From the NCBI GenBank assembly GCA_002256025.1, contig NKIB01015284.1, positions 1 through 36,754 on the forward strand: a stretch of 36,754 bases of DNA, given 5' to 3'. The DNA is from Asterionella formosa. Its lineage: Eukaryota. Under the pieces are notes generated by a model. That model was not told where the DNA came from and did no database searches. It saw nothing but the letters and a program-made list of their open reading frames with translations. Shown one piece after another: positions 11,904 through 21,630 of this stretch. The position numbers and the translations under genes are program-made. Positions within the stretch are counted from its first letter, which is position 1, and every line of letters starts with the position of its first letter.

Positions 11904-14900
11904 ATGCTGCGATACGCCATCTGCGGAGCTCGACTAGGTCACTCGGGTATTCAACGAAGATCCGCAGAGATCCCTTTCCAAACCTTTTTGCGAGGGAAAA
12001 GTTCCTTGGAAGATCCTGCATTCGACGACAACGGTTTTGACGAGACCCAACGGAACAGGTCTAGGCGTTTTTGGGACGATAGGGCCCAAGATCGGCGGAC
12101 CATAGCGCCTTCCAATGGCCGGATACTCCAAGATCGCGCAGAATTTAAGAAGAGGCCCCCTGCCGGAAATTTCATACCAGGTAAGCCAGCTTCTCTGAGT
12201 CATCTCGATCAACTGCAACATGGCCACAATCGATCACAGGAAGGTGAGGGTCGTTGGAATCAAAACGACCTTCCAAATCCTAAATGGCAACAAAACGCGG
12301 GAAGACAGTTACCAATGAGTGTATGGCGGAACAATGCTGTAAATCAAAATGATTCACCCAGGCCTGCAATTCGACAAGATACTGGAAATGATAGGCAATT
12401 ACCTGGACCTGGATGGCAGCAACATGCTGGAAATCAGAATGAATTACCAATTCCAGCATGGCGTCGAAATTCCGGATACCAGAATGAAATACCAATGTCA
12501 GCATGGCGACAAAATGCCGAAAATCAGAATGATATACCAAGGCCTGGACAGTGGCAAAACTCTGGAAATCAGAATGAAATGCCAAGGCCCGGACGGCAAC
12601 AAAATATGGGCTATGAACAACGATCGTTTCGTTCGCCGACATCAACCGCTTCGTCGACTAATCATCAGACTCTGAAATATTCAGTTCACCAAGCACGAGA
12701 TAATGAGGCATTACGATCCCGAAAATTTATTGATGTCAGACAGAACCGGCAAAACGAGCAAAAACAATCCGATTGTGATTCATTGACGAATATGTCGATG
12801 ACAGTGATGAGTTCTGGCACACCACCTTCAACTGAGGATGCTTCTTGGAGGTTGAAACTTAACCAACTACGCCAAACAGCGCGTGATGCCGGAACTGAGC
12901 GTTCATTGTCCCACAATGCTTCGAAACTCGTTCCACGACCAGTGCCAGTAACGAGCCAAGTAATAAGCGCAGAATCAGAACAGCTAAATTCCTCTTGGAA
13001 GCACCAGCTGGAAACGATCAGAGGGCGTCAAGGGATCCAAGGAATCACGACTATTGATGCATTAATTTCTTCCTTTCAGCACGGAAGCACGGCGTCACCA
13101 ATGATATCTAATTCGTCAAAAGAAACTTCCTCACACAAAAGTATGACTGACATATCAAGCCTGCGTGACGCCTTCATCAAGGGCCAAGAGGCTGAAAAAA
13201 TTCGTAAGCGACAGCAAGCAGAAGAATTTCGAGCAGCTGGTGCCATTGTCGATCAAGAGGAAGGAAGTTCGACTCAAACACCAACACTGGCTTGGCGAGC
13301 GCCTAATGGCGCACGAGAGTTTCGCGAAAAGCTTATCGCAGAGAAAGAAGCAGAGGAACAGGCTCAACTCCAAGTCGCAACGAGGGAACCTGATATAGGG
13401 GCCGTAAAATTACAACAGCGGGTAATGGACTCAATCCACAACAAGAAGGGCGAGGAAATGAAACGTCGGCGCCAGCAAGGGTTGACCAATGGAAAGGAGG
13501 CATATGAAGTCATCCTTCCGCCTAATGACTTAAGTGTCCACGACCTCTCAAAAAAACTGCGAGTTAGTCAAGATATGATCATGAGTATTCTACGGCAGCT
13601 CGGTGAAAATCCCAAAGATTGGAACAGCATGGTAGACATCGACACAATGGAGCTTTTAGCACTTGAGCTTGGACTAAATTCCGTCAGATCAAGAAGACGG
13701 GTTGTGAAGTCCATATCAGAAGAAGACCGAGAAACTCTCTTACGAAGACGTGCTTGCGGCGAAAGTGTCGACGAAGGGCTGTTGGCCAAATATGAGGCAC
13801 TTCCACAAAGACCACCTGTTGTCTGCCTCATGGGCCACGTCGACCACGGCAAAACAACTCTAATGGATGCGCTTCGACGCCGAAGCAATTCCAGTGAATT
13901 ACGACAAACGATGAAGGGTAAAACGAAAAAAGCGAAGACTGCAAACAAGAACGCAAACTCAGATGATGTTGCCGGTACTGAAGCGGGAGGAATCACTCAG
14001 GCAATCAGTGCCTTTCAAGTGACTCTAGCGGATCAAGGCACTGCGGTTACCTTCCTTGATACACCGGGACACGCAGCCTTTCGTGCTATGCGTGAATCAG
14101 GGTCGCATGCTGCTGATGTAATTGTCCTCGTCATAGCTGCAGACGACGGTGTTTCGCGACAAACGGTTGAAATTATTGAATTCTTTAAATCCATAGTAAC
14201 AGGAACAGGGGGAGGAGGCATTTCTCTTGTCATAGCGATGACGAAGATTGACAAGCCAGGTGTCAATGTAGCGGAGAGCCAAAGACGAATCGAGAATCAA
14301 CTTTTGGAGCATGGGATTCTCACCGAAACTTTTGGTGGCCGAGGCGATTTCGGGCCGCCTGCTCAGTTGCTTCCCGTCTCCGGTATAACTGGAGAAGGAC
14401 TAGATCAGTTGATTGAAGGGCTTGCCCTACAGAGTGAAATAATGGATCTCAGAGCTGATCCTGACGCTCATGCTGAAGGTATCATCATGGACGCTCGCAC
14501 GGACAAATCACTTGGTGTTGTGGCTGATTGCATCATTCGATGGGGGTCACTGCAACGAGGTGATATTGTGGTTAGTGGTACACATATTGGCAAGATTAAG
14601 GCTCTCAAAGACCCTACCAATACAGTCATCAAGATGGGCGGCCCATCACAACCTGTTCGCATAATTGGATTCAAAACAACTCCGAAGGCTGGCGATCCTT
14701 TAGTTGTGGTGGAATCGGAGGAGAAGGCTCAGATGCTCGTTGCACGACGTGAGGCATTACAGATCATAGACCCTGACCATGTAGAAGAGCGTCCTGATGT
14801 TGATACTAAAGGGGCGATTGAGGTGCAGATCTCTGGTGTCAGCGCGCAGCGACCACACATGCTTGCTCGCCTTTTTGGCAAACATGGCATCGATGTTCAT

Positions 14901-15596
14901 ACTGAGACAACACAGGTTCGTATTCCTGTGGTCTTGAAAGCAGACGCCGATGGGACGCTGGCTGCCTTGAAAGATTCGATCATTGCAATCGGAGTAGAGT
15001 CCAAGCTTGATGTTGTAATTGATCCTATTGTCGCAGGGATCGGGCAAGTCACCCATGCAGATGTTATCGCAGCCAGTGCAGCTGGTGCCGCTATTTTTTC
15101 GTTTAACCTGAAGAACAACGATACCAAGATTATGAGCCTCATCGAAGAAAAAAAGGTAAAATTCAAAAATGACAATGTCATCTATTCCTTGATCGATGAT
15201 GCCAAAGAAATATTTAGTGATTTTCTTCCAGAGAAAACAGTATATCATATTCACGGCAAAGCTACCGTTCAGGCCGTCTTCGAAATTAACAACAAATCAG
15301 ACGCCGAAAGAATTGCTGGCTTGATGGTGAATGAGGGCACCTTGTATACCAAAATGACGAAGCATCCAAGTGGAGTAGGGACAATCGAATGCTACTACAG
15401 AGTACTTCGCGCCGGAGAAGTAATTTCGGCAAAGGGGGACACTGTGAAATGCAGCAGCCTTCGTCGAGTGAAGGAAGTCGTTGACAGCATTCGGTTTGGT
15501 CAAGAATGTGGGTTGGGATTGACTGGTTTCGACGAATTCGACGTCGGTGATACGATTGAATGCTACTCAGTCGAAATGAAGCGAGATACCATCTAG
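11904..15596 (+). CDS. infB: Translation initiation factor IF-2, bacterial type, probably mitochondrial (1230 aa)
   Basis: RPPVVCLMGHVDHGKTTLMDAL (G1), EAGGITQ, FLDTPGHAAFRAMR (G3), TKID (G4), C-terminal GQECGL..FDVGDTIECY. Arg-rich N-terminus MLRYAICGARL resembles a mitochondrial presequence. Confidence 0.95.
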   Translation: MLRYAICGARLGHSGIQRRSAEIPFQTFLRGKSSLEDPAFDDNGFDETQRNRSRRFWDDRAQDRRTIAPSNGRILQDRAEFKKRPPAGNFIPGKPASLSHLDQLQHGHNRSQEGEGRWNQNDLPNPKWQQNAGRQLPMSVWRNNAVNQNDSPRPAIRQDTGNDRQLPGPGWQQHAGNQNELPIPAWRRNSGYQNEIPMSAWRQNAENQNDIPRPGQWQNSGNQNEMPRPGRQQNMGYEQRSFRSPTSTASSTNHQTLKYSVHQARDNEALRSRKFIDVRQNRQNEQKQSDCDSLTNMSMTVMSSGTPPSTEDASWRLKLNQLRQTARDAGTERSLSHNASKLVPRPVPVTSQVISAESEQLNSSWKHQLETIRGRQGIQGITTIDALISSFQHGSTASPMISNSSKETSSHKSMTDISSLRDAFIKGQEAEKIRKRQQAEEFRAAGAIVDQEEGSSTQTPTLAWRAPNGAREFREKLIAEKEAEEQAQLQVATREPDIGAVKLQQRVMDSIHNKKGEEMKRRRQQGLTNGKEAYEVILPPNDLSVHDLSKKLRVSQDMIMSILRQLGENPKDWNSMVDIDTMELLALELGLNSVRSRRRVVKSISEEDRETLLRRRACGESVDEGLLAKYEALPQRPPVVCLMGHVDHGKTTLMDALRRRSNSSELRQTMKGKTKKAKTANKNANSDDVAGTEAGGITQAISAFQVTLADQGTAVTFLDTPGHAAFRAMRESGSHAADVIVLVIAADDGVSRQTVEIIEFFKSIVTGTGGGGISLVIAMTKIDKPGVNVAESQRRIENQLLEHGILTETFGGRGDFGPPAQLLPVSGITGEGLDQLIEGLALQSEIMDLRADPDAHAEGIIMDARTDKSLGVVADCIIRWGSLQRGDIVVSGTHIGKIKALKDPTNTVIKMGGPSQPVRIIGFKTTPKAGDPLVVVESEEKAQMLVARREALQIIDPDHVEERPDVDTKGAIEVQISGVSAQRPHMLARLFGKHGIDVHTETTQVRIPVVLKADADGTLAALKDSIIAIGVESKLDVVIDPIVAGIGQVTHADVIAASAAGAAIFSFNLKNNDTKIMSLIEEKKVKFKNDNVIYSLIDDAKEIFSDFLPEKTVYHIHGKATVQAVFEINNKSDAERIAGLMVNEGTLYTKMTKHPSGVGTIECYYRVLRAGEVISAKGDTVKCSSLRRVKEVVDSIRFGQECGLGLTGFDEFDVGDTIECYSVEMKRDTI
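12258..12611 (+). repeat. About eight coding 45-nt repeats (NQNExPxPxWxQNxG) in the IF2 N-extension
   Basis: NQNELPIPAWRRNSG / YQNEIPMSAWRQNAE / NQNDIPRPGQWQNSG / NQNEMPRPGRQQNMG and similar units. Confidence 0.9.
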
Positions 15597-15686
15597 AAAT
15601 TTCACTTGTATAAGCATTGTTACTTTAGCTGGAGCTTCTAAATGGTGGGTGTATACAGCAAGGCGGGTGAATATTTTCGTCGGGCT

Positions 15687-16775
15687 TCACCACTCCGATT
15701 CCGGTAGCGTCAAAATCTCAACTCCTGTCTCAGTAATGAGTACAGTGTGTTCAAACTGAGCCGAAAGGCTACCATCTTCCGTTACGACAGTCCAGTTATC
15801 CGTCCATTCTCGACATGCGCTATTCCCTTCGGTCAACATAGGTTCAATCGTAAATATCATGCCAGGCACCAGCTCACAATGGTCCTTGTTGCGAAAATGC
15901 TTCACGAAAGGTGCCATGTGAAACTCATGGGCAATACCATGGCCTCTATACTTTTGCACAGAATCGTAACCATAGGCATCACATACGGAATGAATAGCTG
16001 CACCTATATCCGATAGATCAGCTCCGGGGTGACACGCACTGACACCAGCATAAAGGGACTCACGCGTTGCATGCACTAGTCGCCGGGCAGCCTGGAAGTA
16101 TGCCTCCACAGCGTCTCCTTCATGGTTCATCTTGTAGGGGACACCCCTCCAATCACTGCCTCCGCCTTCGTCGATCGCTTGTTCATCTCCAACAATCACC
16201 GTAGCACAGTTATCACCATGTACACCATTCAAAAAGCAACTAACGTCAAAGGCCACAATATCTCCCTCCTCCAAAGGGCGTGAGTCCGGAATACCATGAC
16301 ATATTACTTCGTTGATCGAAGAACAAACCGATTTCGGAAAGTCAGCATAGTTTAGAGGACTTGGGTAAGCGTTGTGGGCAATAATGGCTTCATGAACCTC
16401 CTCATCAATCTCATCGGTCGTCACTCCGGGCTTGGCCATTGAACACGCAAGATCCAAGATTTTTCGCGCTAACCGAGCAGCTTGTCGCATCTTCTCCGCA
16501 GATTTCGCATCGTGAATCAATATTCTATTAGGAGCTAGCGACATTGGAACTATGCCCCTGTCCGCATATGAAGGGCGAGAGATGTGCGGAGGTACGGTGC
16601 GGCGTGGGCTTTTCGGGAAGGGAACAACGGGCGGGGGACGATACCTGTTTTCTGGAGTAACGGCTGCGTGGGCTGCTCCGACGCTCCTCTTCTTGGAATA
16701 CGACGCCTTGCGGGTGACATGACTGCCAGATAACAAGCGCCGCAGCGGTGGGGATGTCATGGTCGACAACATCAT
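15687..16775 (-). CDS. map: Methionine aminopeptidase type I, probably organellar (MAP1D-like)
   Basis: FPKSVCSSINEVICHGIPD; metal ligands in FDVS, GDNC, GHGI, TIEPM and QFEHT; basic/Ser-rich N-terminal presequence. Confidence 0.95.
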   Translation of the reverse strand: MMLSTMTSPPLRRLLSGSHVTRKASYSKKRSVGAAHAAVTPENRYRPPPVVPFPKSPRRTVPPHISRPSYADRGIVPMSLAPNRILIHDAKSAEKMRQAARLARKILDLACSMAKPGVTTDEIDEEVHEAIIAHNAYPSPLNYADFPKSVCSSINEVICHGIPDSRPLEEGDIVAFDVSCFLNGVHGDNCATVIVGDEQAIDEGGGSDWRGVPYKMNHEGDAVEAYFQAARRLVHATRESLYAGVSACHPGADLSDIGAAIHSVCDAYGYDSVQKYRGHGIAHEFHMAPFVKHFRNKDHCELVPGMIFTIEPMLTEGNSACREWTDNWTVVTEDGSLSAQFEHTVLITETGVEILTLPESEW

Positions 16776-16905
16776 TGTCGTGGAGGGCGTTTGCTTCTGC
16801 CCTTGCTGTGAGTGGGGGAAGTTGTGATGTGTGTATTGCTTCTACGGCCGCCCAGGGACCGTAATTGGTAACTAAATTACACCCTAGTAATTACTGTATT
16901 TCCAT

Positions 16906-17140
16906 GTACCAGGGACCAGGTACCTACCAATATTTACCGGGTGGCTCTACGATAGTATTTCATAGTGCGTGTTGAACTGACTACCAGTACCTAGTACTAC
17001 CTGGTACTTGATAGCAGGTAACCGGGTACCTGTTACCAGGTAATGGTACTGGTGCTGGTACCAGGTACCAGTTCCCTGGTACTACCGCCATGTTACAACA
17101 GTATTTTGATACCTGGTACCTGGTACCGTAACTGGTAGTA
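16906..17140. promoter_or_regulatory. Large (GGTACCW)n-type cluster upstream of MetAP
   Basis: gtaccagggaccaggtacctacc; ctacctggtac; ctggtaccaggtaccag; tacctggtacctggtacc. Confidence 0.6.
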
Positions 17141-17142
17141 TC

Positions 17143-17241
17143 CATGATTGATTCGAGAAATTTAACCCGTCGTTTCAGCCTGCTGTCTGTGTGCATGATT
17201 GATTCGAGAAATTAAACCCAGTGGTCGTTTCACAGCCTGCT
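17143..17241. repeat. Short tandem duplication, period ~51 bp
   Basis: catgattgattcgagaaatt...gtcgtttc...cagcctgct occurs twice. Confidence 0.85.
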
Positions 17242-17440
17242 CTGAGTGGGTGGGTTTACATCTTTGGAGCGCATTGCAATTACCGTAATTGGCTACCAGT
17301 AGATATACCGTACTGTGTCGAGTCTACTGTGCTGTCTATGACGTTATATCAATGATATTATGTAAAGCTACGATATGTATGTATGGCTCATAAATACTAA
17401 TAATTATTTGAGCAAAAAAGCCAGCGTCAGGGATGCTGAA

Positions 17441-19447
17441 GGCAATACACGCCCGATGTGGTCTTTTCTACGAGAAGGCAAGTAGCCGCCGAGAAGGGTA
17501 TTGTTGAGGCAATTCACAAACTAGCTATCGTCGCGTCATTCGCTTACCTACTGCCCACAAATAAAGCGTAAATGTCAATTTTAGCTTACTATTGCCCATC
17601 ATATAAAATATATTTCGTTTACTTCCTATCTTCACATCGAAAATTGCCAAACGTCCGATATTGCCCATCATTAAAATAAATTTTGTTTATTTCATATGTT
17701 AGCATTTTGGCAAGACAACAGACGCCAATTGCCCCCGAAATCGGCAAGGGGTCTACTTAAGGAAACCATTTTATAAACTCTACATAGAGATTTTAATAAT
17801 TTATATCCAGAATTCACCTTGTTTTTGTTTGTCTCCTGAAAAGTGGACTCTGGCAATTCCCCTTTCATCATGCTGATTGTCGTCCATCATGACTGGTTTG
17901 AAGCAAAATCAGTTCAGTGATGATGCCAGTAGCAATTCGTTGTCTAATGGATGCGGTTGGTTGTTGGATTGCTTGTTGTCTTCTCGAGGAATTCATGTAG
18001 TCGCATCGTCCATATTTTGTCAGAAGAACAATGATAGCAATACCTATGATGTTAGTGGCAAGTTTTTGCTCTGGTCATGCATGTGATGATGCTTCTTACG
18101 GATATTCTACTGGTAGTCATCTAGCCTACATACATAGACTACATGGTACTCGAAACAACCATGCATGGTTTAAGCTGAACTTTAACGCTTACTTTGAACA
18201 CGGCCGTTATAATATTATCTCTGCAGACTTGGTATTATTTTTTGAGACCAGAATGTTAAATTAAATCGTTCACATATTGATTGATTTTACATACCGTATG
18301 CCCAATTTCGTCCTCGCAATTATCCTTCTCACTCTATCCTGCCTGCCGTTGCTCTATTTGTGCTTGCCACAGGAACTTTCGACTTTCTTATGCGCCCATT
18401 GTCTGCTGCGTGTTACGCTTGTTAGAGCGGATCGGTGCTGAGTACAACAGTGAAACACTGAATGTGATCGTAGATACATTTGTCGAATTTCCGATTTGAT
18501 TGCTTGCATGGTCCGTTTTGATCGCTTCTATTGTTCTTTGTCGTTCCGCACTATCGTTTTGATTCGATTGTAACTATCTAAACAAGGGCCGATGTATGTA
18601 TCAATGCCTACTCTTTGAAGATGTATTGTGCCCTTGTTTATCTTATTTGTTGATTTGTATAGTAGTCGTTGACCATGATGTCAATATTGCCGCCAAGCAA
18701 TGCTTTTCTTATTCTAACGCGCTTATCTACCTTTCTACTACGAGTCAGCCAGTATCACAAGCTACGTAAAAATACTCAGCTAGAGGGAGTCGATAGTGCT
18801 GGAGCAGCCTGGCGATCACGCTTGCTCAGAATGGAATGATCAGGGGTGTTTGGTGGGAGGAATGATGACTGTAGCGGAAAGACTGCTACTAGTACTGGTG
18901 TCAGGATACTACAGCGATGTGAATGGTTGCAGCAACCAGATCATCTAGTACTCTACATAACAATGCTGGTCTAAATTGGTTTCCGCTTTTTTCTTCTTTT
19001 TTCGGTCTTTGATTCTTGTGTGTTAATGGAAAGTCAATGTTGCCTGCTGTGTAAGTACTACAATGTCACAATGCATACTACATTTCCATTGAAACTCCTA
19101 TTTTTTACTTCCTCTCGAACCCAAAACATTTTTTTCTATTTCTTATTTGATGCTACTTATTACATCGCATTTCATACTTTGGTTGCTCCAAACATCATGT
19201 TCAATTTTCATTGATGTTGCATGTTGTTGTTACAACCATTCTCGTCTGTTTTACACTTGTTGCATTCCTTTTTTATGTATTTTACCATTATTCTGGTTGT
19301 CATGCTAAAATCGGCAATTTTCATGCCGAAAAATTCAATATGCCCCATATTGCCCCTAAATAAAAATTACTTAGGAAATTACTTAGAGCCTAAAAATTAC
19401 TTAAAAAGAGCCCGAATGGCAAGACGATATCTGGAGCGGGAATTGCC
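17441..19447. mobile_element. ~2.0 kb dispersed repeat, copy 2 (same orientation as copy 1)
   Basis: Begins GGCAATACACGCCCGA and ends CTGGAGCGGGAATTGCC. Aligns along its length with 9664-11579, with an extra internally duplicated segment near 17590-17720. Confidence 0.8.
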
Positions 19448-19608
19448 GATCAACACACCCGTCGGAATGATTATAGAAATTGAGATGACGACCGAAGTGT
19501 TGATGAAAAAAAAAGTAAGCACATGTAGTACCAGTATTACATATATAGCAAACATTTCCAACTGAGTAGGTAGAGCATAAAAATAGATTTCGTCAGCTAT
19601 ACACTAAA

Positions 19609-21307
19609 ATGGAACGTTGCAGCAATACCAGGTCCACATCGACCCCCCAAACTGAAAACTCATGCTTCGAAGAAGCCGCGGTCGATAAGATTTTGCAGAG
19701 ATCTTGCGTTGAAAGTGATCATCACAATGAGGATATTGCTCCGAAATTCGTACAAGGAGATGCCGAGATCCTGTGTCATGCCCCAGAAGGCGCCATGGAC
19801 GTCGAAGAATGGATCATTAAGCAACACCTTAACGCTGAAAGCCAGTCAATGGCCTCAGACTACTTGTCCACTACCTACAAAAGGGAAGATATGACCACGC
19901 CCATAAGACCTAGTCCTTCCCAACGAGGTGCCCTTCACGATGACTGTGACTCCGGACGTCACAACGACGAAGGATATCCATGCTCAATAGGCAGCGAGGC
20001 ACATGCCGAATTGCATGCTGTGACTGCAGATGTCGAGCTCGCGCCACCAGTTCCAGAAAATGGAAGCGAAGGCTTTATTGCAGCCTTCGCTGTTGACAAT
20101 GGCGAAAACCTGATTGTCCTTGCTGGCAAACGCCTGAAAGATCCTCACAATCACAAACTATTGGTAGTGATATTCGTTGTTGTAGCTTCAAGTATTGGAG
20201 GAATCGCAGTTGGTGTGCTCCTTTTCAACCAAAACAACTCGACAACCCCTGCTACAGTTTCGCCGACATTTCCAGTTTTATTTGAGCAAAACCTTTCGTC
20301 GGTTTTGTACTCTCCGCATGGCCCCTACAACTCAACTATCGGCGATACATATGCCAGCTTTGGAAAGTCGCTTACCATGATTGCTTTATTGTTTGACAAC
20401 GGAAAAATATATTTTGATATTCTGAAACGGATTGACGCGAAATTTACTGTCATCTCGTTTGCTATTGAACGTCTTTCTCAAGAAATGGACTTGTCATTTA
20501 TTTCGTTGTATTCAGATGAACGTTGGAATGGTCACACGGTAAGTGGAAATTCAAGCCTATCAATTTTAGTGCGAAGGTTTCATCGTCGTCACCTTGAGAC
20601 CTACGTCGTAACCCGTCATTTCATTTTTCAAAACACAGCTAGACGTCTTGCTGAATCGAATTATAGAAGGTCGTGCGTGGTCATACGCTGATATCACAGA
20701 AGGGCTCGTTCTACAATCCATGGCTGGATATCCAGTTGTTTTTCACAAATATCCCAACTTCACGGTCAATGGAGGTGAAATTGCGGGGGCAAACATTTTT
20801 TACTCAAATGGTGTAGAACACGAATTAACTCATGTCCCTTCGGCGCTCGTTCCATGGATGTACAAGACAAATTACCAGATGCTGCTGGAGGTGAACGAAC
20901 AGAGAAATGGAGACTTGTCAGACTTCGTCGCTTTGGTGAATGTGTCAGACCTCAAGGAAACGCTGATGCTAGAAGACCATGACAAACCAATCACTGCCTT
21001 TGTCCCCACCAACGCGGCTCTGGCTGCTATCAACGTCTCTGCTTCAGCTTCATCCTCTGTTTCACATGCTTTGCTCTTAAATCACTTAATTGATGGGAAT
21101 TTAGTATTAAACTCTTGGCAGAAAACCGGAATTGGAACCGTAGTCAGCGATAGTGAGCTAATGGTTATCACAAAAGCCGGACATCCACTTACAGTTGAAA
21201 TCGTCAAAGGGGTGATGACTCTCAATGGTACTGCCCACATTATCCAAGAGGACCTGTTTTCATTCTTTGGCGTTCTTCACGTCATCGATTTTCCTCTTGC
21301 GAACTGA
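19609..21307 (+). CDS. Fasciclin (FAS1) domain type II membrane protein; exons 19609-20538 and 20639-21307, 532 aa
   Basis: In-frame splice ...WNGHT|LDVLLNRIIEG. Single TM LLVVIFVVVASSIGGIAVGVLLF. FAS1 H1 PITAFVPTNAAL and H2 GVLHVIDFPL, plus an earlier degenerate H2 SNGVEHELTHV. Confidence 0.88.
20539..20638 (+). other. Spliceosomal intron (100 bp) of the FAS1 gene
   Basis: gtaagt donor and ...aaacacag acceptor; removal joins the two ORFs in phase 0. Confidence 0.85.
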
Positions 21308-21630
21308 AGCCCCTGGAGGTGCGAAGCATTTATCTTACAATAAGCTTTGGTTCGTCATAATAAACAATTGACAGGAACTATCAAGCTTTGTGTTTGTGCG
21401 TACCCGCAGTCCTATTATACTCTGTTATTTCACGGAATTGTATTTATAGAGTTACGACAGAACCTTTTGTATCGGTGGCAACACAGGCGGAGAAAAATAA
21501 CCACACTTGGGGAATTAGGATGGTCCTTGTGAACTCACATTCATTATCCATTACACATAATTTTTACTGCAACTTCGTACAATAAAATCTACACACGTAA
21601 AACAAAACCGTGCGATTATAACCCAATCAT

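Noticed and set aside
12280..15503. Antisense and overlapping ORFs within IF2 and other long genes
   Set aside because: Expected shadow ORFs with no recognisable motifs.
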